Shown: positions 26,087-36,449 of the stretch, piece by piece | Position numbering within the stretch: the first letter of the stretch is position 1 | How the letters are laid out: every line of letters begins with the position of its first letter | Assembly (NCBI GenBank): GCA_028023455.1 | Contig: JAQFVV010000004.1 | Coordinates: 16,740,001 to 16,804,000, forward strand | DNA: 64,000 bases | DNA from: Epiperipatus broadwayi | Taxonomy: Eukaryota > Animalia > Onychophora | Reading direction: 5' to 3' | Notes under the pieces: generated by a model | The model's database searches: none | What the model was told of the DNA's origin: nothing | Seen by the model: the letters and a program-made list of their open reading frames with translations, nothing else | Position numbers and translations under genes: made by a program

Positions 26087-26537
26087 AAACAGGCAAAATT
26101 ATCTATACGTATTGGCACTCATTGCAAGCCACTTTAATCAATGGATGCCAGAAGGCTTGTGCATAAAATCCCCATCTAGTGCCTACTCATCCAATATTCC
26201 CAGACTAGTTTCTGGCTTGTGGCCTTCGTCAGTGAGGAACCTTGGATCTGAGAGCACTGCACCTAGATCTTAGGATATAATGCAATCCTCCAGCAACCAT
26301 CTTTTATCTCTACTTAACTACAAACCTATGAGTTTTAAATTGAAAATACTATAATATTTTCAATCCAAGCTCAGTAGCTTATATAGTCATATAGACTCAG
26401 TTCAGTACCTATACATTTTGGTGTCTTTGGTTTTATTTTGGCTTGCAATGAGTGGCAATACGTATAGAGAGTTTTGTCTGTTTTAATAACAGTTATGAGC
26501 AAGCATAAGAAATGGTGATCATGTGATGTTTATTGGC
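26087..26537. mobile_element. Family A copy 3 (minus-strand segment plus inverted + segment)
   Basis: The 15-bp TSD TTAATGTCATTAATA is at 26072-26086 and 26538-26552. Confidence 0.87.
26198..26237 (-). ncRNA. Minimal type I hammerhead ribozyme (family A), intact core
   Basis: CCTCA-CTGACGA-A-GGC-CACAA-GCC-A-GAAAC-TA-GTC^TGGGA. Confidence 0.85.
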
Positions 26538-26653
26538 TTAATGTCATTAATAGTTGTTAATATAAATTATTTTATGTAAATTTATTGTAAAAAATATTGC
26601 TTATATGTATTAAATAAATCTGAGTAATATTATAATTTATTTATTTTTTCTAG

Positions 26654-26734
26654 TTATTTCTTTATGGTATGGAAAGGATTTTTCTGTGTTATCTTCAGCC
26701 AAAGAAGCATTAATTTATGAATCACACAAAGAAT
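26654..26734 (+). CDS. NIPSNAP3: NIPSNAP3-like coding exon (81 nt, phase 1-1)
   Basis: ISLWYGKDFSVLSSAKEALIYESHKE aligns positionally with VHVLWWNESA. TTTCTAG acceptor and T|GTAAAT donor. An alternative donor lies 6 nt downstream. Confidence 0.75.
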
Positions 26735-27011
26735 GTAAATGTATTTATTTACTTATTTCAATATATTGAAGTAATGCATGAAAAATTCATTTATAGGAGT
26801 ATGATTATTAAAACATATATTAAGTATACTTTAAACTATACTCTAACAAACACAGAATATATAGTTATGTCTGGTAATTGTAACATATTTGATAGTTGTA
26901 TTTGGAATGGTGTGATAACCAATTAAGAACAGGAAGTGGTAAGATTTGAATTTGTTGATAACGTTTTACATTTTCTGCTACATCATGTTTTAGGATAGTT
27001 TTAAAAATATT

Positions 27012-27056
27012 CACCTACTGATGAGTAGATCCAATATCATCTGAAAGCTTTTGGTG
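27012..27056 (+). ncRNA. Candidate degenerate minimal hammerhead (unassigned family)
   Basis: CACCTA-CTGATGA-GT-AGAT-CCAATATC-ATCT-GAAAG-CTT^TTGGTG. Stem I pairs at 5 of 6 positions, and stem III is the palindrome AAAGCTTT. Confidence 0.4.
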
Positions 27057-27652
27057 CATCACTGTATTTAATGTGATACATTTGTGACAGTTATTTTACT
27101 CAAATATTAGTGATTGGATATATTAATAAATTTTAAAGTTCTTTTAGTTTATTAAATTTTACTTTATAGCATACTTGTAAAACTGTGATGCTAGATATCA
27201 TTATATTAGAAAGATGGTAAACAAACTCCCACCAGGTGATAATGAAATACTATTATCATAATACACTACCACTTAGTTTAACTCATTAACAAGATTTGTG
27301 GCTATATAGCCTAGGTACAAAAACTTCTGACTTTATTGAATCAAAAACCAATTTATATCACATTAATATTTATATTAATTAAAGCATATATATTTTTTCA
27401 GTTTATTAAATATTAAAAAAAAACAGTAGGCATTAATGATAAAAATGTATTCTTATAAATTTTGCAGCACCTAAAAGTCTATATGTCAACAATCTATTCA
27501 TCCAAATCTAATGATAAAATATGGTTACATAAATCAAGTCTCATTAAAGCTTTAAATTATTTTAAATGAAAATTATTTTTTAAGTTTTATTTTCATACAT
27601 TTTGACAGATTGTAGTTAGTGTATGTGTGTGTGTATATATATATATAGTTAA

Positions 27653-27757
27653 GGGGAATGACTACCTCAGACTATGAATACATAGCATTCTTGATCCATG
27701 CTAAACAAGAGTGTTATGTATTTATAGCCTGAGGCAAAGAAATTTGCTTTGATCCCC
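27653..27757. mobile_element. MITE with TTAA TSD and an internal 29-bp hairpin
   Basis: TTAA|GGGGA...TCCCC|TTAA. Hairpin arms are 27665-27693 and 27706-27734. Confidence 0.6.
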
Positions 27758-27869
27758 TTAATTAATTTATGCTAATTTAATATATACATATATATTATTA
27801 TCCCCTTAATTAATTTATGCTAATTTAATATATACATATATATTATTATTTGCAATTTTTTTTTGATCC

Positions 27870-30340
27870 AATGGAGATCTTTCCAAGTTTGATCCAACTT
27901 CTATTCATAGCCATTCTTCTCTATATCATATGAATGTCCTTATTTCATTCAGCCATCTCACATATCTTTTTCTAAATCTTTTTACAATCAATAATATACA
28001 TTTTAAAACTTCAACTATTTACCTATTATCATCTCTTCTAATAAGATATCCAGCTTAGCTCAGCATCTTAATTCTTTCCATGATACTTGTTTGATCTCTC
28101 ACCCAAATATTTCATTGTCTTTTTTTGTTTGCTATTCCAAAGAAATATGTCTTCAAACTTCATTGAATGTTCTGAAGGATCTGTTAAGTGTCCAAATCTT
28201 AGATTCCATAAGTAAAAACTGTGATAAAAGACATTTATTGAAAAACTTTCCTTTTCAAACACACAGGTCTACTTTTTTTTAATGTTAAATTATTTTTTAC
28301 CCAATACATACCATCCAAGTTTAATTCTGTAATTAATTTACAATATTTCCATCTGTACTATAATCTGAACAATATTTATAATCGTTAATTTTCTATTTTA
28401 TGTCTATTTTCTTCTTCTGAAGCAATTCATTGAATATTACTTTAGTCTTTTTATTTCCTGAAGCTTTTAAGAATTATTTATAAAAACTATAAAATCAAGA
28501 TAATTTAAATAATCTCTTATTTATGGCTGGTTGAGAGGTCAGCGCGACTGCCTTGCACTTGCAGGCAGTTGCCCGGTTTGCGGGTTCGCGTCCCAGCCGA
28601 TGCTATGACACTTAAAATACAAATAAAAAAATACTCTTATAAAATTGCTATAAAAAGTTTTTGACATATGGATTTCATTTTACCATACACCCTTATCATT
28701 GTTAATATGCTAAGTAACATATAATCTAATTTTGCACTAAAAATAAAATGTAATCTAATTATTGTTATTGCATTTTGTTAAATATTCTTCAGAATATTTC
28801 AATATCATATTCTTATATCTTTATGTTCAATGCTTTAATGACTATGGAAATGCTTATAAAATCAAATGCCTTTTCATAATTTGCAAACTTAAAGCATAAT
28901 GGCAACTCTCATATTTATTAGTTCTTTCTACTTGGATTAATCCACCATATTAAAATCATTTATAAATCACATTATGTTTTTTGTTTGCTTTGAATCCAAA
29001 GTTCACATTAGACAAGTTGTAATTATTTTGGTGGAGATTTTGCATAGAACTTATATGACTAATAATTCTGTAATTTACAATATCTACTTATCACTTTTCT
29101 TAAGTATCAATATTATTGTATTATTTTAATTATTTAGTACTTCTTTACCATTTGCACATTTGGTATATAATTTTTCCAACATTTTTTTTTTGTATCTGCT
29201 TTTTTAAAGATATCAAGAATGATACACATTTCCTAGAGCTTTTCCTTTTTTATAGACTCCATTGTATGCCCTTTCTCTTCATTTAAAATATTTGACAATT
29301 GAGAAGATGTAGTAATTGTAGAACTTATTTTGTATTTTTGTTTTTTATTACTATTATTTTTTTTTTTGTAAAATTTCTATACATTTGATTATGCCATTTC
29401 TTTTTTAGTAATAGTTTCATTTTTTTCTTTTTATTGCTCAAACAACTTTTCTTTTAATACATAAAATTTTCTTTTATGTTTTTAAAACTTTTATTTTCTT
29501 CTATAGATTTTATTATTAATTCAATTATATTTTATTATTAATTTTTTTTCATATCATTTTACAGGACTCCAGATATTTAAATTTTTTTTTTTTTGTATCA
29601 TTTATCTTTGATGGAGTTATTATTATGAGTTATTTTCTTATTGATCTCAGTTAAATTTCAACCACAAAGCCTGTTAATATTTTACAATGATAATTAGCAA
29701 TTTTTAATTTATATTTATTGTTGTACTTCTAAAGATTAGGAATATGTAGTTTTAATACTGCCTTTTAAAATATTTTTTATCTCTGTAGTTTTACATTAAT
29801 ATATTACATCTCACTAATTGATGATTACTTCCTGTATCGAATCTATAAAGAACATTACAATCTTGAAATTCATATCACTGTTATCTTTCATTCATTTTTC
29901 AATTGCAGCATTAAAGTCTCCAATAATAATTTTAAAATTGTTTGTACGAACAAAAGCATTTTGTACATTTATATAAAAGTCCTATATTTCTTCATCACAA
30001 TGTTGGGAAATAAATTTGAATTATCTCGTTTTGCTGTCTTCCATTCAATTAAATAAATAATTTGCTACTCTGTAGGTTAAACCATCATTTTCCATAATGT
30101 TATTCTTCCATTTTTATTTACAATGAATCTCATTTCATTGCACTGCTCATATGTATGACTTTGTAGAAAATTACATGACCACTTTTCGCATCAACTGTCT
30201 CTTCATGTTTTTTTAACTCCAACAAAATCCAGTAATGTCTCTTCACTTGAAAGTGATTTGCAGTTGTAAGTAGCTAAATAAAAACTATCATTAAATCTTC
30301 ACTGTTAAAAGATACTTAGCATCCTCTGCTTTCCATCGTC
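27870..30340 (-). mobile_element. Degenerate RTE LINE (APE endonuclease remnant plus 3' end)
   Basis: The minus strand reads YLATYNCKSL near 30260 and IIGDFNA near 29915. Region 27900-28380 parallels the RTE 3' end at 63 kb. Confidence 0.65.
28521..28630 (+). mobile_element. tRNA-Gly-derived SINE variant with small inserts
   Basis: GAGAGGTCAG, GGGTTCG, and a GATGCTATGACAC tail shared with the other copies. Confidence 0.7.
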
Positions 30341-32409
30341 AGATGCTATCATAATTTATGATTTTATAGATTTCTAAAAATAAAAGTTATAATTTTGTCT
30401 GTCATGATTATAAACATTTAAAAAAATCATACATGTGTACACATTCATCCTGATTTAAAAAAAAGAACTTAAGTAATGTTTTAGTTAAGAACTGTCAAGC
30501 ACATGAAAAGAAAAATCCTAATATTTTTTGGTCCTAAATTCAGAAATTTGTCATTAAACTCATCTCACTGGTTAATTCATATTGTTGAGCAGCCATCCAT
30601 GTTTATTTTCTATATGAATATAACCCATAGTAATATCAGATTGCAACAATAAGATATATAAAGTGGATATAGAAAATTCACTGTGCTCAATTTATTTAAC
30701 ATCTCAAAGAGGTCTCCTTTCAATTAAAAGCAAACTTTGCAGTCATATGTACATGTGTGTGGGTGTTTGTGTTTAAGAAGTGAATATATATATTAAATAT
30801 ATCCATTACATCATTGGTTATTATAAATGTTAATACTGACATTTCAACTAGATCTTATCTTCTATTGTCTGGACAGTATAGTTGCTCAATAGCTATTGCC
30901 AGAGATGGTGATAGGAAGTAGATTGCCAATCATCTGTTATATGATTTAGAAAAATTAGATTAAAACAGATAGTGGATGATTAATTTAATGACTTTTGTTT
31001 TTGATTGATATACATTATAAAATTTTTCATATAGATGTAAACGTTGCTGTTCATTAATATAGTTGGATTTTTTAAATTTTCAATTACTTTTTTTTTGATA
31101 ATATGATTCACATCAGTGTTATCAAAATCTATATTATGCTCCATATACAAAGAATGTAGAATAAATCCTTATAATGACAGTTATTATTTTACTGCATTAA
31201 CATTTTTATCTCTTTTCATAACAGTGCATTGATTGCTTAAACCCTTAGAAAACATATCTACAGGTCTCAAGTATAAAATTATTTAGTTTTGGTAAAATAT
31301 TGCTAATATGGTGAAAATTGTTTTAATATTATGCTTTGGAATATTGATTTTGCCAATTGTTTTTTTTTTTATGTACAAAGCATAAAATTTAGTTGAGATT
31401 TTATCTCCTTATGAAGTTTTAACATTGTATTTGTTTGATATCTTGTAAAAATAGATAGAGATTTGAGTAAGATAATGAAGATATTTCAATTGATGTTTAT
31501 ATTTTTTTACAAACAAGGAATGTTAAACAATTATAGTGTTTTTGAAACAAAAATGTTAAAAAAAAAGCTGTTAACCTTTAGTTTAAAACCTAATTATAAA
31601 TTTATTAAATGCACATTGATTACGTAAGTAATATTTACTGAGGCTATAACCTCAATAATATGCGTAATCAAATTTCATTATTTTAACTTATGACAATATA
31701 ACATAAGTCTTATCCATGCATCTAACTCAAACTAAAAGGTGTGAGTTCAACTTCTATGTGAATACTATCACTGTGCATATCAGGCCAGCAACATCTGAAG
31801 AAGAGTGGAGAACAATACTACTTGAAACATTGTGTAATTACTAACCTGTGTTGTCTATTTGTATGTTACTGATTTTAAAGCCTGGATTTCTAGATTTTCC
31901 ATAAAAGATTGGAAAAAATATTGGTGAATCCAGAGTTCTATAAATTTATCTGTAATATTGATTTATAGATGCTAAAAAAGTATTGAAGAGTCAATGCTTT
32001 GCTAAAGGAATCACATGTTTAGAGAAATTATTTACAACTAGGTATGACCCTATGTTCAATATTTTATCAACCAATACATTAGTTAAATAATGATTTGACA
32101 TCAAAACTGAATGTTTTTTAACCTTTAGCGCAATAGAAGTTTTTAACAATATACTTCATTGATAGCATTACTTGCCAATGCATAAGTGGGACATTCTCAC
32201 ATCATTCAGTTTTTATATAAGCTTTAAAATGACAGTCATATTTTCGTTTCTATTGAAAGTATAACAGTTGGCGTAGACAAATTCTTTTGATTATTTTTGG
32301 AAGACAGTATTTTACACAAAATATTACAAATCTTATCTATATTAAAAGCATCTTCAACATTATACTTTTTCCCAAAGATGAAAAAAAGAAACACTTTCTT
32401 CCATTTTAT

Positions 32410-32600
32410 TAAACCACTAAACATCACATGATCATCATTCTTTAAGCGTACACAAGTTGTTTACGCAGAGGATAAATTCTCCATAGTGCCACTCAGTGCA
32501 AGCCAGGGTAATCAATAGATGCAAAAATATTTATGCATAAAAGCCCTATCTAGTGCCTACTCATCCAATATCCCCAGACTAATTTCTAGCTTATGGCTGA
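32410..32600 (-). mobile_element. Family A copy 4, diverged and truncated within HHR stem II
   Basis: AAACATCACATGATC...GTGCCACTCAGTGCAAGCCAG...ATCCCCAGACTAATTTCTAGCTTATGGC. Confidence 0.75.
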
Positions 32601-33560
32601 TCCTCTGTGTTCCATTCCATTATTAGTGCAATAGACATTTACAAACTATATTGTCAGTTTCTTTGAATCAGTACTTTTATTATTAAAGATTTATATCTGA
32701 CGTAGTAAAATTTTAATCAGTATGTTTGCAAATCATTATTTATCTGTATTTCAGTCAATAAAACATTAAATAATAATAAATCATTTACCTCTTCAGTTCA
32801 CTTAATGTAAGGTAAAACAAGAGCAGCTCACCATTCTAGTGCCATCTATAGTAAATGTAAGTGATCAGTGATTAATAAATATTAAAGAATTTAAATCTCC
32901 TATTCCAAGGCCAAATTATGGTTGTTGCTTTTATCAATAATTTCACTACTTCCAGATTTTTCTGAATCTAATTAATAAGAGTGAAAATCAGAAACCAATC
33001 TAGGAATGGGGATTTAAATGCACTAACATACTATAATCAATGATTAATCAAGCTTACTATAGAATGCCACTAGGACAGATCAGATCTTGTTTTATCAAAA
33101 CAATAAATATAGTATCGCCTATTTGTAATCTTTCTGATCGTGCAATTTTTAGCAACGTTTTGTATTTCCAACACCCTTTTTCATACCCAATTGTTAACAT
33201 TACAGACAGGTTTTTTTTATTTTTGATAAGCTTTTCATGGAGATTCTAGAACTCTGGAAGAATTAGTAAATATAAATCTTCAATTTTTCATATATTGATG
33301 ATCTCACAATAACAAAAAAAAAAAAATTAATGGGTCTTTATTAATGCTCTTACTTTAAAAACACATAATGATTTTTAAATTTTCTTTATTTTAGGAAAGC
33401 TCTCAGTAGATGCAGTGTTAAAATGGTAATCATATTTATACGCTTTCTATATAAGGATATTTATTAAAAATATCAGCTATAATTAAGGTTTTATTTCTTA
33501 TATATATATAAAATAATCCAGTGCATAACGCTATACTGAAATAAATATATAAATATTAAG

Positions 33561-33782
33561 CAATTAAATCATCCCACACGATTAAGAAATCCAGTACTGC
33601 CCTCTGTGAACTAATATATAAATACATTAGAGTTCATATTTCAAAATAGCCAAGTCAAAATGGTATCCAAAATGGTATACCATTTTGACTTGGCTATTTT
33701 GAAATACGAACTCTAATGTATTTATATATTAGTTCACAGAGGGCAGTACTGGATTTCTTAATCATGTGGGATGATTTAATTG
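33561..33782. repeat. Near-perfect 222-bp palindrome (105-bp arms, 12-bp spacer)
   Basis: Arms 33561-33665 and 33678-33782 differ at two positions, both at CpG sites. Confidence 0.92.
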
Positions 33783-33849
33783 ATATATATATATATATAT
33801 AAACAATAAAATCAGTCATATATTAAAGCACCACAATATCAAAACAAGT

Positions 33850-34400
33850 TTTAATCAATCAACAAATTAATATTTTACCAAAACTCAAGAATTTAATCAA
33901 AAGGATTCTTGGGGTTTGTGAATTCCCTAATGAGATTTGGAAGGCTTTTTAAGAAGACAGGAGTAATCATTGCATCAGTATAGGAAGAGATGAACATGCT
34001 AATGCAATAAAATAATGGTCTTCATTAGCATTCTTACATATTTTGATACTGGTCATAATATAGATCTTGTCAACACTAAAATCTTAACCAGATATGACAT
34101 TCATTACTACACAACTATCAGGAATACCATCAAAAGATCTAGCTTCTTCAGAACATGGGATGAAACAGCAAAATCTAAATCCATATGGAAAAATTGTATA
34201 AAACATTTCAATCAAAAATAAAACATCAAATTAATCATCATCATTCTTCTTATCTTTGACCTAGTCTTTTCTAAATTGTTAATCATGTGACACCATCATA
34301 ATAACTAGATGATGGTGGGTGAGATCAGTATAAAATGTATGTACTACAAGCAGCCACGTATCTGGATGTTGTGTATATCAATATAGTAACAAAACTATTG
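33850..34400 (+). mobile_element. Penelope-like element (PLE) relic: GIY-YIG endonuclease remnant plus decayed pseudo-LTR (pLTR)
   Basis: Frameshifted GVCEFP...DEHANAIK...SLA.LHIL-DTGHNIDLVNTKIL...SIWKNCIK* resembles the PLE GIY-YIG C-terminus. A decayed HHR-like CTAGATGATGGTG...TAAAATGTA follows at about 34303-34340. Confidence 0.65.
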
Positions 34401-34588
34401 TTTTCTTTTAATTTTAATAATATTATTTTTACAAATTCTTTTTTCTTCACATCATTTTTTTCCCTTTGTTGCTTCAACTTTTCTTCCATAGTTATTTATT
34501 TTATGATATACTTCTTTTAAATACTCTTATACTTATTGTAAATATACTATCATCATTATTATTTAATTTTTAACTGTTTTTATTTCAG

Positions 34589-34665
34589 TACAAAATACAT
34601 GGAAGAAGACTTTGAATAATTATAGTAGAGCTATGACTGGTGCTACATTTTCTCCTTTAAAATGA
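34589..34665 (+). CDS. NIPSNAP3: NIPSNAP3-like terminal coding exon
   Basis: LQNTWKKTLNNYSRAMTGATFSPLK* ends with the family-typical FSPLK. TTTCAG acceptor, phase 1. Confidence 0.9.
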
Positions 34666-34839
34666 ATCACTAAATGTGGAGTCTATGTAAAGCATCTTAA
34701 TAATAATTCAGTGATACCATTATTTCATTAACTTAAATATTATCAGTTTATGTATTAAAAAACAATGGTTAAAAAAATGTACAGATGTTCAGTATGTTTT
34801 ATTTCAATATAAATTAAATTACTTATAAAATTTATCATT

Positions 34840-35319
34840 GCAAGGAAATCAAGTCATATGTGGCTTAACTTTATAAGCTTGTATTACAAATGTTATATAA
34901 TGAGCATGCCAAATAGCTCTTAACAAGCTTTTCAGATATCCCTATAACATTTGTAATAAAAGCTTATAAAATTAAATCACATGATAAATGATTTGATTTC
35001 CTTGCATTATTGTTGTTGCTCTTAAGGCTTTGGCAATTTTATTTTGTTAAAGCTAGTAATATATGGTGTATCTGAACTTAGTTCAGTCCCATATGGCTAT
35101 TTAAGTTAGATAGCTGGATTTGAAAACATATGGATGTCTGAAAATTTCAGATTTTCTACTTAATAGTTAAACATTAGAAAAAGTGCTGGGCTTGACCTAA
35201 TATTTTAAATCTAATACTGGAATATCCTAGAACCTCACTGATGAAAGCCAGAGCTAGAAACCGGTCTGAGGATAGGGATATTTTGAAAAGCTTATAAAGA
35301 GCTATTGGCATGCTCATTA
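34840..35319. mobile_element. Diverged family A subfamily (A2): about 375-bp monomer plus about 110-bp inverted arm
   Basis: The 16-bp TSD TATAAAATTTA(T/C)CATT is at 34824-34839 and 35320-35335. It shares CTGAACT.AGTTCAG and other blocks with family A. Confidence 0.8.
35233..35271 (+). ncRNA. Minimal type I hammerhead ribozyme (A2), intact core
   Basis: CCTCA-CTGATGA-A-AGC-CAGA-GCT-A-GAAAC-CG-GTC^TGAGG. Stem I is perfect, and stem III is the palindrome ACCGGT. Confidence 0.88.
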
Positions 35320-36449
35320 TATAAAATTTACCATTAAATGGAAAGAATTAATTATAGATATAAATACTGAAGTCACCAAACTTCAACCCATTGTTTGCAT
35401 CATTATCAAATTAACCACACATAAAATGACCATTTGTATATACTTCCTTTATTATGAGGGCTTTGACCCTTGAAAGTGCTTAGCCATTTAATGAATAGAT
35501 ATTAAAATAATAATATATATTTTCTTTATTTACTTGTAGCTTTGTGTGCTTGTGCATGTTAGCGCATTTTATATATTCTGATTTTCATAAAAATCACTTG
35601 ATCAAAAATTCCAAAGATGAAAATCATAGACTAAAAACTAATCTGGAGATATTTGGATAAGAAAACATTGAATAAGGATTTATTAACCACTACAATTTGG
35701 CATCTCTTGATTACTAAAGCTTAAACTAGATGGCATAAATGTACTGAGATTGAAAAAAAAATTGATCTTTATAAGAAAGTTAGTTCAGATATGAAGATTA
35801 ATGCTTGATTGCATTTAATAAGATGATAGCAACCTTTGAATCTGATTTGAAGTTCAGTCTAAATTAAAATCAAGTGTCAAATTGACATCTTTATAAAGAT
35901 CAGGAAGAAATATATGTAAATGGTCATTTTGTTATGTCGGTTAGTTTGGTGAGGAAAATTGGTGTATTGCTATTATCAACAGATGGAGGTTTGGTTGCCT
36001 AAGTATTTACATTTGATTTGAAACCGTATTTTTGATTATTTATTTTATATCATTACATATAAATATATTATTCCAAATTAATTTCATAGCCATTAACATT
36101 TAATATACATCAATAAAATATACATTATAAAAAAAAAAAATTAATATATATGTAATCTATATAAAAATGTCACCATTAATACCCTATGATCTTTAATTAT
36201 CCCATTTGATACTTCTTTGGTAAAAATAGGCATTATTGTAATTCTTTTAATTAAAATATTGGGGATTGGTAATTTTCTTATCAGAGGCAAAGGTAATGTT
36301 TTCTGTCTTATCTGATTTATACATGATGGCTTAGCTATTATGAAGCAAAGTGAAAAATATTAAAGAATGTTTAAAGTTAAATAAATAAATTGTTGAAAAT
36401 AAATGTTTTCAATTAAACATAGTTTAAAGAAACTTAGATGCATCTATAT

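Noticed and set aside
31790-31840. CTGAAGA...GAAAC-ATT-GTG hammerhead-like motif
   Set aside because: The cleavage triplet is GUG, stem II is bulged and stem I does not pair. At best this is a decayed relic.
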